The notes: generated by a model not told the origin, from the sequence alone. A stretch of 64,000 nt of DNA from an uncultured Gammaproteobacteria bacterium (GCA_964612595.1 CAZTFB010000003.1:32272-96271), one strand, 5' to 3'; shown: positions 44,647 through 55,485, counted from the first letter of the stretch. Program-made: numbers and translations.

Positions 44647-47585
44647 AAGAGTATATGAAATTCACCAAAACAACCACCTTCCATCTTTTTGCTATTCTCT
44701 GTGTTGTTGTTATGCTTGGCATACTTAACTACACACCGGGCACAATACTCTCAGGGTGGGATAATCTTCAGACTGAACTCAATCCAATTCTTGGAATAAA
44801 AAGAGCATTTTTTTCAGTTTGGCAGGAATATCAAAGTCTTGGACTTATAGCGGGTATGGCACATGCTGCTGATCTACCACGCGCAATCCTCGTATGGTTT
44901 CTGTCAACGATACTCCCTACAAACGTCGTTCGATATGTACTGCATTTTTTACTCATTCTCGTAGGTGCCTTTGGTAGCTATTGGCTATTACGAGCATCAG
45001 AACTGAAGGATTCATCATCACACTTTGCCTTCGCAGGAAGCATTGCTTACATTTTTAGTTTTGCATCATTACAACTGCTTGCGCTCCCATTCGAAGCATT
45101 TGTTTTCTTTTTCGCTTTTTTACCTTGGGAGATTGGATTATTCCTGAAACTATTAGAAGCAAAAAACCTCAATAAACTATACTTGATTGTTTTTCTCATT
45201 TTAAATATCATCGCTAGTCCTCAGTGGGTTGCCCAACAACTCTTTGTTGTGTACGCCATTTGTCTTTTTATACTCGGTGCATACTATGGCGTTAAATATA
45301 AAACTCTTTGGAGAGCAACTTCTCTCTATTTCTTAGTTCTATGTGTAAATACCTATTGGATATTGCCTCAGATATATTTTTTAGTGTCTAATGGTTCAGT
45401 CGTGTGGACAAACAAAATTAATCAGCTTTCAACAGGTGATGTTTTATATAGCAATCTTGCTCGTGGCACACTTCAAAGTTATATTCGACAAGAAGGTTTT
45501 TTTTATGACCGGCTTAGTATTAATCATAGTTATCTATTTGAAGCATGGAAAACTTTCAGAAACCTGCCTGCGGTTAGCATGGGTATTTATCTTAGTTTTA
45601 TATGTGCATTGCTTGGCATATTTAATAAGTCAAAATTTCGTATGGGACTTGTTCTTCTTTGGCTGTTTGCCAGTATTGCATTGTTAGCCAATACATTTCC
45701 AATAAACTACCTCAATGTCATCTTTAGATCCAATGACTTTTTAAACCAAATATTTAGATCTCCCTTTACAAAGTTTGCGATTCCCTATGCGTTAGTGTTC
45801 AGTTACTTTTTTGCACACGGACTTGCACTGTGCTCGAAAATAGTCAAACGGTGGGTAAATTCAAAAACTATTGTCGCACTATTGGGGGTTATTATTGTAT
45901 TAGGAACATCTATACCAGCTTTCACCGGACACTATCTCATTAAAGATATGCGGGTAACATACCCTGAGGATTACACAATGGTGATGGATTACTTTCGTCA
46001 ACAAGACCCAAACCAGCGAATCGCCCTCATGCCTGACTATACGTTTTGGGGATGGTTCTTTCATACGTGGGGCTACAACGGTTCTGGATTTCTCTGGTAC
46101 GGGGTTGAGCAACCTATCATATCGAGGACGTTTGATGTGTGGAGCAAAGAAAGTGAAGACTATTTTTGGCAAATCAAGTCGGCACTTGAAGCAGAAGACA
46201 TCGATCGCGTTGTCTCAACACTTCAAAAATATTCGGTTCAGTATATCGTTTTCGATACTTCATTAGAAGCCGTTTCATCTAATATTAAGGCACTTCAGTT
46301 TGATCGCATTCATGATTTACTCAAGAATAGCAACAAGTTCCAACACGAGTTAAGCGGTGAATTTATTCATATTTACAAGCTTTCATCCAGCGTGCCACAA
46401 AAAAGCTTTGTGAGCACCGCACCTACTCTTCCTCGCGTTAAACTCGGTAATGGCATGACCGTACGAGATATGGGATACGAGTCATATGGGACATATCGCT
46501 CTGCATTACAACCAGATGTTATATATCCATTTAACGGATTATTCTCACAAACACGTCAACTCGGTCAGAATTGGGATGTACGGATAGAAGACGATGCAAT
46601 CATGTTCACCACACCACTACCAAACAATGTTCAAAACTACGATGTAATTATCCCGAAACTAGAGTTTGATGAGTCTACCATATTTAATGGTTTGCAACAA
46701 TCTTTCCGGGGTAAAGTTGAAATTAGCACTGATCTAAAAACCATGTTTGTTAAGATACCACTATTAGCCGTACCGATCCCTAGTATCCACGCTGCAACAA
46801 CATATCCATGCGGTACTGTAAATGATGCAAACCTCTCGTTTCATACTGACAACGAAAAGATAGTCACTAGTGCCACTCAAGGAGCTGTGGGTTGTATATC
46901 TCTCCCGATTCCAGCGATAGATCAACGATTTGGTTATTTGTTTCGTATTAAAAACCGTATTACTACTGGTCGCACACTCTTCTTTGCTTTGACTGATCAG
47001 ACAAAAAGTCAGTCAATTATTGAAGAGCGACTATTGCGCAATGATGAATTGTTTGTCGTACCTCCACATTACACATATGGACTTGGATACAATATTCATC
47101 TTCAAACTGATTCATACCCTAATATACCTGCCGAAAATACTGTATATCAGCCTGAGGCATACTTTATTCCTTACAGCATCTTATCAAGCTTAAGATTTGA
47201 AAGAAAAAATTACATCCAACCCACACCATCAATCAATGCGCTTGATAGTTTTCAAGTAAATAAAAAATCACCATATAGATATGAGGTGTCTCTCAACACC
47301 TACAAAGCTGGTGATAATCTTATCCTATGGCAGTCATATGCTACAGGCTGGGTAGCATTTATTCAGGAAGACAATAGGCCATTTATTTTGGGTAAGAGAC
47401 TTCCCAATCACCACACAATCAACAATTGGGCAAATGGGTGGACTATTGTGCCGGAAGATCGTCCTTCCAACGAACCCTTACATATCATTATCTTTTTTTG
47501 GCCGCAACTACTGCAATATGCAGGTTATGCACTTCTCATCATTGCCCTCCTTGGCGTAGGTGTTTTTGTAAAAAAAAGACATTAA
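44643..47585 (+). CDS. large polytopic membrane protein with extracytoplasmic C-terminal domain, GT-C-like (putative membrane glycosyltransferase)
   Basis: At least 12 TM helices in the first ~450 aa, an about 480-aa soluble domain, and a terminal TM helix. Overlaps the stop of the upstream GT gene, so the two are probably co-operonic. Confidence 0.4.
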   Translation: MKEYMKFTKTTTFHLFAILCVVVMLGILNYTPGTILSGWDNLQTELNPILGIKRAFFSVWQEYQSLGLIAGMAHAADLPRAILVWFLSTILPTNVVRYVLHFLLILVGAFGSYWLLRASELKDSSSHFAFAGSIAYIFSFASLQLLALPFEAFVFFFAFLPWEIGLFLKLLEAKNLNKLYLIVFLILNIIASPQWVAQQLFVVYAICLFILGAYYGVKYKTLWRATSLYFLVLCVNTYWILPQIYFLVSNGSVVWTNKINQLSTGDVLYSNLARGTLQSYIRQEGFFYDRLSINHSYLFEAWKTFRNLPAVSMGIYLSFICALLGIFNKSKFRMGLVLLWLFASIALLANTFPINYLNVIFRSNDFLNQIFRSPFTKFAIPYALVFSYFFAHGLALCSKIVKRWVNSKTIVALLGVIIVLGTSIPAFTGHYLIKDMRVTYPEDYTMVMDYFRQQDPNQRIALMPDYTFWGWFFHTWGYNGSGFLWYGVEQPIISRTFDVWSKESEDYFWQIKSALEAEDIDRVVSTLQKYSVQYIVFDTSLEAVSSNIKALQFDRIHDLLKNSNKFQHELSGEFIHIYKLSSSVPQKSFVSTAPTLPRVKLGNGMTVRDMGYESYGTYRSALQPDVIYPFNGLFSQTRQLGQNWDVRIEDDAIMFTTPLPNNVQNYDVIIPKLEFDESTIFNGLQQSFRGKVEISTDLKTMFVKIPLLAVPIPSIHAATTYPCGTVNDANLSFHTDNEKIVTSATQGAVGCISLPIPAIDQRFGYLFRIKNRITTGRTLFFALTDQTKSQSIIEERLLRNDELFVVPPHYTYGLGYNIHLQTDSYPNIPAENTVYQPEAYFIPYSILSSLRFERKNYIQPTPSINALDSFQVNKKSPYRYEVSLNTYKAGDNLILWQSYATGWVAFIQEDNRPFILGKRLPNHHTINNWANGWTIVPEDRPSNEPLHIIIFFWPQLLQYAGYALLIIALLGVGVFVKKRH

Positions 47586-47634
47586 GGCCTCACGACGTGA
47601 CAAATGACCTTCAGTATGATATACTATAGACCTT

Positions 47635-47895
47635 ATGATGGATCGACAACCCATATCAAATATAGTTTCACTAGCAGTCGGCGGTATTATTACGCTTATT
47701 GTCCTCTTGGGCGTCTACAAACTAGCAGATTCATATATTGAAAAAAGTATTGGTTTTAACTACCAGCACACTCGAAATGAAGCTGTTGATCAGTGTATGA
47801 AAGAAGCTCGCTCACTCGTCGCAAATGTATTTAACGAATCCCTCTACCGCGTTTGTCTTCAAGACAAAGGCTTCTCGACAAGCTTTCCAAAATAA
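47635..47895 (+). CDS. small membrane-anchored protein (86 aa)
   Basis: Single TM helix (IVSLAVGGIITLIVLLGVYKL). Confidence 0.35.
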   Translation: MMDRQPISNIVSLAVGGIITLIVLLGVYKLADSYIEKSIGFNYQHTRNEAVDQCMKEARSLVANVFNESLYRVCLQDKGFSTSFPK

Positions 47896-47919
47896 GGTGT
47901 ATAGGTTACAATACTTCCT

Positions 47920-48465
47920 ATGAAGATTGTCCAAGTACCCCATCCAATTTTATCTCAGAAAGTAAAACCGATTTTAAAGATAGATCGCAAACTTACTACC
48001 ATTATTCAGAAAATGATAACAACCCTTGAGACTGAAAAAGATCCTGAAGGCGTCGGTCTTGCTGCAAACCAGGTGGGGCTTGGTATAAGCCTTTTCATCA
48101 TGAAATCATCAAAGAAAGCCCCTTTATACGTTTGCATCAATCCTGAGATTGTTTCTATCGAAAAAACATCTTCTTCAGAAAAGAGTAAAAGGGGAGAGAA
48201 AAAATCAGGCTCACGTGCACGTCTCGAAGGTTGCCTTTCAATCCCCCGCCTTTGGGGCTATATAGAGCGAAGTTCAAAAGTGCATCTGAAGTACACGGAT
48301 ATTGATGGTAAACAACATGAAAGGGCTTTTACTGGTTTTGAGGCAGTTATCGTACAACATGAAATGGATCATCTTCATGGCATTGTGTTTACACAACGCG
48401 TGCTTGAACAGAAGAGAAAATTGTATCAGGAAATTGATGGTGAGTTAGAACCTCTTAAGATTTAG
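47920..48465 (+). CDS. def: peptide deformylase
   Basis: Motifs GVGLAANQVG, EGCLSIP and HEMDHLHG. Contains an inserted Ser/Lys-rich loop. Confidence 0.85.
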   Translation: MKIVQVPHPILSQKVKPILKIDRKLTTIIQKMITTLETEKDPEGVGLAANQVGLGISLFIMKSSKKAPLYVCINPEIVSIEKTSSSEKSKRGEKKSGSRARLEGCLSIPRLWGYIERSSKVHLKYTDIDGKQHERAFTGFEAVIVQHEMDHLHGIVFTQRVLEQKRKLYQEIDGELEPLKI

Positions 48466-48769
48466 CAGTAGTTTTCGCAGCTTTTCTGTCTTCAAGAACC
48501 TTTTTAAGATCAGCTGGGAGATATGCAAGTTTGACTACAGGAGATTTACCTTCGAGAATATCCTTTCGCACTCTCTTAATTACTTTTGTTGCTAAAACTA
48601 CTCTCTTTGTCACACCATCTTCGAGAATAGCGACCATTTGAAGATTTGGCTTGAAGATTCGATTCATTTTCTGAGCACGCTTTTTCCAACGACCACCCGC
48701 CACACCACGATGGTGCGTATGAGTTCGTCCGTGCATTGATGTTTTACCTGATACGTAGCAGTGAGCCAT
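48455..48769 (-). CDS. rpmB: 50S ribosomal protein L28 with C-terminal extension
   Basis: MAHCYVSGKTSMHGRTHTHHRG...FKPNLQMVAIL matches the L28 N-terminus and the PNLQ motif. Start taken at MAHCY, not at the upstream in-frame Mets. Confidence 0.65.
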   Translation of the reverse strand: MAHCYVSGKTSMHGRTHTHHRGVAGGRWKKRAQKMNRIFKPNLQMVAILEDGVTKRVVLATKVIKRVRKDILEGKSPVVKLAYLPADLKKVLEDRKAAKTTAKS

Positions 48770-48813
48770 GGGTAGTATCATACCAAATATATGATGCAAA
48801 ATCAATGTTATAA

Positions 48814-49455
48814 TTGCCGTATATGATACTTTCCGAACTTTTCACAAACCCTATCGGTGTGATTTTTTTTCTTGTTTCAATTGTCATTGCAGTGACAGTT
48901 CATGAGTTTTCCCATGCAAAAACAGCTGATAATCTTGGTGATCCAACGCCCGAAATGCAAGGTCGCGTAACACTCGATCCCCGCTCCCATCTTGATCCAC
49001 TTGGCTCGATTCTCTTTCTTATTTTTGGATTTGGCTGGGGAAAGCCCGTTCCCTATGATCCATATAACTTAAAAAATCCGCGAAAGGACGCAGCAATGAT
49101 CGCTCTTGCAGGCCCTATGTCTAACTTCGGCATGGCGCTCGTTTCAGGAGTGATTTTACAGGTTCTAGGGCCACAATTCGCAACAGAGAACCTCATTGGC
49201 GCCTTCCTCTCAATCTTCGTATCTACAAATCTAATATTGGGCGTCTTTAACTTTATTCCTGTTGCACCGCTTGATGGGTTTAGAATTGTTGGAGGGCTTG
49301 TTCCCGAAGACCAGGCAGATGAGTGGTATAGTTTAGAGCGCTATGGATTTATATTGCTGCTCTTCATTATTTTGCCTTTTGCAGGAGGTAGATCGATTCT
49401 ACAGACGTTTATTAGCCCTGTCATAAGCCTGCTCACCGGCATTCTGATTCCTTAA
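48814..49455 (+). CDS. M50-family (site-2 protease-like) membrane zinc metalloprotease
   Basis: HEFSHA (HExxH) within a TM helix and the downstream PVAPLDGFRIV (LDG) motif. Confidence 0.7.
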   Translation: MPYMILSELFTNPIGVIFFLVSIVIAVTVHEFSHAKTADNLGDPTPEMQGRVTLDPRSHLDPLGSILFLIFGFGWGKPVPYDPYNLKNPRKDAAMIALAGPMSNFGMALVSGVILQVLGPQFATENLIGAFLSIFVSTNLILGVFNFIPVAPLDGFRIVGGLVPEDQADEWYSLERYGFILLLFIILPFAGGRSILQTFISPVISLLTGILIP

Positions 49456-50138
49456 GGAGTTGGGGTTGCGTTATGACGATAGTAGCCTCGGATACATGCA
49501 TTACTGCTTACCTGTTGGCCTTTATTATCGAAGTACGTAAGACAGTCTCCCCAATCATCTCCTGTATTACTGCCGTCGTAGTAGGCATCGATCTCATCAT
49601 CGGTCGTTAGGCTTTGTGGTGGTTGAGAAGTTGGTGCGGATGTTGGCAACAATGTCTCAGGTGTTGTTGGCTGTGGATCAACAACATCAGGAGTCGATGG
49701 ACTTGGTGTTGCCTCAAGCAATACAGACCCTGCGTCACCTGCGGATGCCTTAGGCACCTCAACGATCCTGTCTTCATCTCCACCTGGTGCTGAACAGTAG
49801 CTTTGGTTCGCAACAAGAGGTTGTAACGTAACCTTATGCTCAAAATTGCCATCACCTATCGCTACAGGATCAGTAAGTTCTTCAGCAATAAACACCAAAT
49901 TACATTTCTGTATCCCTTCTGGAGGCATACTTGCATATAAGACCGTTCCTCTTGACTGGTCATTGCTGTTCCACGTACATTCTGCATCAACAGCGCTTTT
50001 CCTTACACAGGTGTAATTTTCAGCAACTCCCGCTTGTGAACCACGTTTCTGAACAATACGAAAGCCAATATATATTAAGAGAACTGATAAGACAAATCCT
50101 ATAGCTATTGCAGCGAATTTTTGTGATTTTTTGTTCAT
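49452..50138 (-). CDS. N-terminally anchored secreted protein, Pro/Thr-rich C-terminus
   Basis: TM helix (FAAIAIGFVLSVLLIYIGFRIV). Four Cys in the ectodomain. PTTPETLLPTSAPTSQPP tail. Confidence 0.4.
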   Translation of the reverse strand: MNKKSQKFAAIAIGFVLSVLLIYIGFRIVQKRGSQAGVAENYTCVRKSAVDAECTWNSNDQSRGTVLYASMPPEGIQKCNLVFIAEELTDPVAIGDGNFEHKVTLQPLVANQSYCSAPGGDEDRIVEVPKASAGDAGSVLLEATPSPSTPDVVDPQPTTPETLLPTSAPTSQPPQSLTTDDEIDAYYDGSNTGDDWGDCLTYFDNKGQQVSSNACIRGYYRHNATPTP

Positions 50139-50806
50139 ATTCGTAATAGTGCCTTAGCACCAAGTCCAACTATCATAAAGCCAAATCCGATCATACCATA
50201 AACTATAAAATCTTCAACAATACCAGTTCTGGGAAGCTCACTCGGCGTTTTTGCACTACCCGAGGAGGTCTTTGGTTTTGGATTTGTTGCACTACTTCCA
50301 CCAACCGTCACAACAGCCTCTCCATTTAGGGAGCATTGGATAAGATCTGGTGCATCGGTTGATTTTTCGGAAATGTTTGATTCATTCGTCTCGCCAGTTT
50401 CACATGTGTACGTAAAGGTTGTTTTCCCACCAGCAAGCGCTTTACATTGGAGTGTGGCGAGGACACCCTCCCCTGTTATTGATTCTCCAGGATTTGAAAC
50501 CACCCCAGCGATATAAATCTTTCCAGGTTGCGAGAACTCCTTAATACCTATTTCAAGAAAATCACCATCAGTTATACTTTCGATTTCGCAAATCGCAGGA
50601 TCATACTCAATAAGCGCATCAACACCAAGTATCTCTTTTTCCTCAGCGTCAACGACCACATCAAGCTTAAATGTTTCGCCGACATTTGTGCTAACCGTAC
50701 TAGGATCGAACTTTAGTGTTGCGGCAGATACAACACTAACAATGGGCGCGACTATGAGAAATGCGCCAAGTATAAATATGGTGCTTATGATGCGATTCTG
50801 TATCAT
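50135..50806 (-). CDS. cohesin-like domain surface protein with LPXTG-type sorting signal (LPRTG)
   Basis: Signal peptide. Cohesin-like beta-sandwich pattern (LKFDPSTVSTNVGETFKLDVVV...IEYDPAICEIESI...GEGVLATLQCKALAGGKTTFTY). C-terminal LPRTG plus a hydrophobic helix and KALLRI. Confidence 0.55.
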   Translation of the reverse strand: MIQNRIISTIFILGAFLIVAPIVSVVSAATLKFDPSTVSTNVGETFKLDVVVDAEEKEILGVDALIEYDPAICEIESITDGDFLEIGIKEFSQPGKIYIAGVVSNPGESITGEGVLATLQCKALAGGKTTFTYTCETGETNESNISEKSTDAPDLIQCSLNGEAVVTVGGSSATNPKPKTSSGSAKTPSELPRTGIVEDFIVYGMIGFGFMIVGLGAKALLRI

Positions 50807-51439
50807 TTAATTTATTTGCAATGACATTCCTTGCACATTGCTTAATATATCCTGTGTTTGTGTATTCATGAGATTAGAATCGGTAGTATGATTTGGCGAA
50901 AATACCATGTCAATAGAAGCGGTTCCTGATTTTAAGAGACTAAAGGTTACTTCTGCTATAGGTGTCTGTGCAAAAAGGTATGGCTCTTCCTGACTAATGC
51001 TTTGAATGCCTGTCACCACAAGATCCTGTAAGCCAGCAATCTCTGATGGCGTGCTTGTTTGATACAAATCCATTCCTTCCGCAAGTGACGTTACTTTATC
51101 TAGTTTGAGTAGTGTCGGATCATAGCGCAAAACAGCATCATATCCCGTTATTCGATCGCCTTTTGAATCGGCAGTGATCGTAATCGTTACAAGATCACCT
51201 TTGCGATACGACGGCTTCGCTGTTTTATCAGTCATACTCAAAACACCCGTCAAGGGTGCCAATGTGGGCTCAACTGGCTCAACAAACCGGTTTATCAAGT
51301 TTTTTTCTTTAACGATATACTTCTCGGGCAATTTTCGCTGTGCAACATACATAATTCCCCCTATCACCAATACAATGCCAACAACTGAAAATATTCCTGT
51401 TAAGAGCATCTTGTTTTTTATTTCTCTGTCATCTTCCAT
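50807..51439 (-). CDS. membrane-anchored cohesin-like domain protein
   Basis: N-terminal TM helix. Domain (VTITITADSKGDRITGYDAVLRYDPTLLKLDKVTS...AEVTFSLLKSGTASIDM) is paralogous to 50135..50806. Confidence 0.5.
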   Translation of the reverse strand: MEDDREIKNKMLLTGIFSVVGIVLVIGGIMYVAQRKLPEKYIVKEKNLINRFVEPVEPTLAPLTGVLSMTDKTAKPSYRKGDLVTITITADSKGDRITGYDAVLRYDPTLLKLDKVTSLAEGMDLYQTSTPSEIAGLQDLVVTGIQSISQEEPYLFAQTPIAEVTFSLLKSGTASIDMVFSPNHTTDSNLMNTQTQDILSNVQGMSLQIN

Positions 51440-51443
51440 AATA

Positions 51444-52295
51444 TTAGTTTAATGATTTTCCGGCAGCATAATAAACGGTTACACTGTCGCCTGTACCCTT
51501 TTCAACTTGAAACACATAGCTTGAAGAATCTTCAATATTCTTTGAGACTAGTCCGGTTCCCCATGTAAATTTCTTTGGTTCAACCCTACCTGCGACAGAT
51601 ATATCAAGATTTGCAGACTCAACTGTCACATCTTTCAACGTAAATTTAATATTTGTGTTTGGTACAGCTACTGCTTCCCTCGTCGTCACTACCACTTTCT
51701 TTCCTACGTATATGTCCACACCTTTTACATCGCCAAGACCGTCTTTTGAGGTGGTAAGCACTATGTTAGATTCTGTTGTATCGCCAGGTTTAAAAATGAA
51801 GTCCACATTTGAATGGCCTTCTGCTTGAGCAGAAAATGTAAGCTCCGCTAGTTCAGCATTATCAAATATGCTTGCGTTTTTACTATCCAGTCTTCGAATG
51901 CCGCCAATATATACACGTTCAGCATTCACATTATCGAATGTTTCAAATGAAGGAAGCTTTGAGATGGATTGGCTAAATCCAAGCACATTTTGATTTATTT
52001 TGAGCGCCGCATCAAACCCAACAGCATCTTTACCATCTGAATTCCCAATCAAGAGCAAGACAACAGATTCGCCTTTCTCATAAATGTATCGTTCAGATGC
52101 CGGGGCAATACTAAGTGTTCCTCTTACAACATCATTACCTTCAACGCTATCATCACTCTTATCGTTAACAGTATTTTTTGCTCCAGTTGTGCCCGACTTG
52201 TTCCCCTGTATAAAGTGAATGCCACCTGCAGCAAGTAGCAATACCACAACAAGTGCAATAACTAATGATTTGTGTTCTTTTAGTTCTTCTATCAT
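51444..52295 (-). CDS. membrane-anchored cohesin-like domain protein
   Basis: N-terminal TM helix. Cohesin-like module (GFDAALKINQNVLGFSQS...AELTFSAQAEGHSNVDFIF). Confidence 0.5.
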   Translation of the reverse strand: MIEELKEHKSLVIALVVVLLLAAGGIHFIQGNKSGTTGAKNTVNDKSDDSVEGNDVVRGTLSIAPASERYIYEKGESVVLLLIGNSDGKDAVGFDAALKINQNVLGFSQSISKLPSFETFDNVNAERVYIGGIRRLDSKNASIFDNAELAELTFSAQAEGHSNVDFIFKPGDTTESNIVLTTSKDGLGDVKGVDIYVGKKVVVTTREAVAVPNTNIKFTLKDVTVESANLDISVAGRVEPKKFTWGTGLVSKNIEDSSSYVFQVEKGTGDSVTVYYAAGKSLN

Positions 52296-54088
52296 TTTAT
52301 ATCTGCGACATTTATTCTCGATGCTGTCATTATCGAGAAGTCGAGTGCATTAACTATGCCGTCAAAATTAAGATCAGCCTTGCGAATAGCATCTTCGTCT
52401 GATTTACCTAGTAGATTGCGAACAAGAGCAAAATCAGCAGAGTTACAAACGCCGTCCTGTTTTCCTGCTGGGATATCACATGCAAGCTGAACTATACCTG
52501 AAAGGTCGAAAGTATTTGTACCACCTTTAAGCTCTATCTTTCCTTTGTCACATACATATGTACCAGCCTCGGTTTCTTTTGCATCTTTATCACAAACTTT
52601 TCTTTGCAGACAATGCTCACATTTCACTAAAAGCTTGTAGTCTTTTCTTGCTGGCACATTAAAGTTGGCTGTTCCATTAAAGTGGCCATTTCCATCAGAT
52701 TTAAATTCAACTGTCTTATATACTGGCTCTGTAAGGCCACCATCGCCAACGCCCACTCGTACTTGCATAGAGTCACGTTTGCTTGGTTTCTTTGTAATGC
52801 CTTGTAGGCGGAGCTTGAGCTTTACATCGACACTTCCTCCTCCACCCTGACCGATTACATAGCTCGCTGTGCCTTTATTGACGCTATACAGTCCCGCGAC
52901 TGCTTGAGGGCCTGCAACTTGAACATCAGAAATTGTCAGCGTCCCTTCACCTTCTCCTATGGCATCAAACGTTAAGGTATTTGTAAGGCTTGTTTTCAAA
53001 TCAGTACTTGCATGATCACACACATAGAGCAAGGTCATTACACCCTTTTCATTATCGACGTCTGCGGTAATCATGCTGCATGACCCCTCTCTTGGAGGTA
53101 CAACAATTGGGTTTCCGCCTACCGGAGGAGGTGTAAGTGTCGTTGTAATAGTACCTGTAGGTGCAACGCTGTCAGTCGGAGTAATGCCACCTGTAGGCGC
53201 ATTCGCTCCTGTCGGCGAGTTTGTTGGTGCACCCGTAAGCGAATTTGTCGGAACTGCTGTTGGCGGAATTACTGGAGGAACGCCTGGTGCTACGGGAGGC
53301 ACAATAGAGTGGCCAGGAGTAGCTACAGGTGCTTGAGCTAACAGCCCCTTTACTGATGCTGGTCCCGCTGCTGTTTTTCCTTTCAAAATACTTTTGTCGA
53401 AGTTTACCTTGACGTAATAGCCAGAAATCTTTTTCGCATTATCGTTCGATTTTATGGTGAGTGCGTAGGAGCATGCACTCCCCTTATCACCACGACAGGT
53501 TGTTGGTTCAAATTCAGCGCTTACATCGGATGGAATTGGTGTTGGTGTCGTTCCTGAAGCACTACAGTTATATGTCACCGTTTGGGATGGATTAAAAGCA
53601 TACAACGTGCCCTCTACAGGACCACTCACCTGAGATTTCTGGGTATCAAGTGTAATAATGACCGGCCCCGTTCCTGAGCATTGCACGGCACCAGAAAGAA
53701 CAAGTCCGCTGACGAGGTTTTCATCTTTATCGAGCACCACACAACCATATCGTGGTGTCGCTCCGACTGTCTCGATGAGTGGTTTTATTTGCGGATTGGC
53801 GCCACCTTCAAGCGAGGTACAAGGTAACCATGAACTGATTGTACCGTTTTGGACTGTCAAAGTTACATCAGCACCTGATATTTTCTCAGTTGGTTTTTCT
53901 GGTTTAAGAACTATGCGAAATGGCGACTCGCCTAAAGTGCCGGTTTGTGGCGAAAATTCAACGACGACTTTGCTTTGGGCTGCGCTCGTGCGTAAAACAT
54001 AACGATTGACAAACGTCCCAAAAAGAGTCATCGCAACAAGTCCAACAACAATAAAAAATGGTAGTCGTGCTGATATATGCTTAGTCAT
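52292..54088 (-). CDS. large secreted protein with several cohesin-like/Ig-like modules, Pro/Thr linker and C-terminal dockerin-like domain
   Basis: N-terminal anchor or signal. Repeated beta-sandwich modules. The C-terminus carries two Ca-binding dockerin-type segments (DIPAGKQDGVCNSADFALVRNLLG; DLNFDGIVNALDFSIM). Confidence 0.55.
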   Translation of the reverse strand: MTKHISARLPFFIVVGLVAMTLFGTFVNRYVLRTSAAQSKVVVEFSPQTGTLGESPFRIVLKPEKPTEKISGADVTLTVQNGTISSWLPCTSLEGGANPQIKPLIETVGATPRYGCVVLDKDENLVSGLVLSGAVQCSGTGPVIITLDTQKSQVSGPVEGTLYAFNPSQTVTYNCSASGTTPTPIPSDVSAEFEPTTCRGDKGSACSYALTIKSNDNAKKISGYYVKVNFDKSILKGKTAAGPASVKGLLAQAPVATPGHSIVPPVAPGVPPVIPPTAVPTNSLTGAPTNSPTGANAPTGGITPTDSVAPTGTITTTLTPPPVGGNPIVVPPREGSCSMITADVDNEKGVMTLLYVCDHASTDLKTSLTNTLTFDAIGEGEGTLTISDVQVAGPQAVAGLYSVNKGTASYVIGQGGGGSVDVKLKLRLQGITKKPSKRDSMQVRVGVGDGGLTEPVYKTVEFKSDGNGHFNGTANFNVPARKDYKLLVKCEHCLQRKVCDKDAKETEAGTYVCDKGKIELKGGTNTFDLSGIVQLACDIPAGKQDGVCNSADFALVRNLLGKSDEDAIRKADLNFDGIVNALDFSIMTASRINVADIK

Positions 54089-54899
54089 GATTGGTCTTCC
54101 AGATTGTTAAATCGACACTATTTATTGTGCCATCGCCATTCACATCACAGGCTTGTCCCTCACTTCTTATTGAGCTTCGCAATATTTCCCAGTCAATAAC
54201 ATCAATCTTTCCATCACAGTTACAGTCGCCTTTTATCTTCGATGAACAGTTTCCTCCAACTGGAGGTGTTACAGGGAGATTTGGTCCGCTCCCTACAGGT
54301 GGTGTTATGGTTATAGATGGTATGGGGGCGTTTGGCGAGAATGTAATTGCAACAGGCGTTGTATCAACGTCGGGAACGAGTGTTTTTGAACCTACTGCCT
54401 GCCACTGCGCATTCTCTGCCAAGGCTACCTTTGCATCGCTGACAATAGTTCCATTTGAGTTTGTTACACGTTTAAATCCCACTGTCGTAATACACTTCGT
54501 ACCATCGGCGAGTAGATTGTCACCTTTTATAGTAACCAGTGAAAATTTGAGCCCACCGGTGCCAGCCGTATATTTAAGTACGGAGTCAAGTCCAAAAGCT
54601 GCCTGTCCACAAAACCCTTCTTGCGTAATTCCTTGGAGGGTAAGGTTTTCTGAGAAACTAATCGCGCCAGTAACTCCAGCCACACCTGCTGCTGGCTCGG
54701 TAGAGCCGAAAATATGGACCAAACAGAGCGAATCGGGCTTGTCATTACACTGTATTGCTTTCTCTGAAATAAAGATCTTCATGTTTGGGGCAAGCTGTGC
54801 TTTAGAAGGGATTAGGTATGTGTTAATGGCCTGCCAAAAAAATAGCGTTGATACGACAAATACTAACCCAAGTACGATAAGCCTGGTTGTCTTATTCAT
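54081..54899 (-). CDS. secreted cohesin-like module + C-terminal dockerin-like domain protein
   Basis: Signal/anchor. C-terminal duplicated segments (CDGKIDVIDWEILRSSI and DVNGDGTINSVDLTIW). Confidence 0.55.
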   Translation of the reverse strand: MNKTTRLIVLGLVFVVSTLFFWQAINTYLIPSKAQLAPNMKIFISEKAIQCNDKPDSLCLVHIFGSTEPAAGVAGVTGAISFSENLTLQGITQEGFCGQAAFGLDSVLKYTAGTGGLKFSLVTIKGDNLLADGTKCITTVGFKRVTNSNGTIVSDAKVALAENAQWQAVGSKTLVPDVDTTPVAITFSPNAPIPSITITPPVGSGPNLPVTPPVGGNCSSKIKGDCNCDGKIDVIDWEILRSSIRSEGQACDVNGDGTINSVDLTIWKTNHD

Positions 54900-54906
54900 T
54901 AATATG

Positions 54907-55485
54907 TTACTTTTGAGCGATAAACGCTATTCTAAATATATTAAAGTCTAACAAATCCACAACACCATTTGTGTCGTTATCGCAAAACAATGTTGTGGCA
55001 CTTCCGCTAAATTCTTTTCGAAGCAAATTAAAGTCTGCAAGGTCAACTTTTCCGTCTTTTGTACCCTCAACAGGCCCCGAACAATCGCCTGCTGAACCAC
55101 CCCTAGGGGCACCAGTGACGGCTGGTGTCAAAATACCAGCACCAGGTGTGATGTTTGTACCGGGATCTGTTGAGCCTGGTGTTGTGGCGGTTGTAGGTAC
55201 GACGGGGTTTCCTGGTTTTGTGACCCCCGTTGGAACTGTTGTTGGGGCAGGTCGCGCTGGTTTGTTTGAACGGCAACATGCAGGACGACCAAGATTAGGA
55301 TCACATCCATTCTCATAACACACTTTTAATGTCGGGTGACAATATGAATTTGTTATACATGTAGGACGTGCAGGGTCACAAATTTGACCGCATCTTAATC
55401 CTCTCTGTGCAAAGGCATCGTGTGGAGAAAAGAAGATTAATAAAAGCAACGAGCTTGCCAAGAATTTTATCGTGTTTAGATACAT
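54907..55485 (-). CDS. secreted Cys-rich module + Pro/Thr linker + C-terminal dockerin-like domain protein
   Basis: Signal peptide from MYLNTIKFLASSLLLLIFF. Eight Cys in the first ~60 mature residues. Dockerin-like segments (DGKVDLADFNLL; DNDTNGVVDLLDFNIF). Confidence 0.5.
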   Translation of the reverse strand: MYLNTIKFLASSLLLLIFFSPHDAFAQRGLRCGQICDPARPTCITNSYCHPTLKVCYENGCDPNLGRPACCRSNKPARPAPTTVPTGVTKPGNPVVPTTATTPGSTDPGTNITPGAGILTPAVTGAPRGGSAGDCSGPVEGTKDGKVDLADFNLLRKEFSGSATTLFCDNDTNGVVDLLDFNIFRIAFIAQK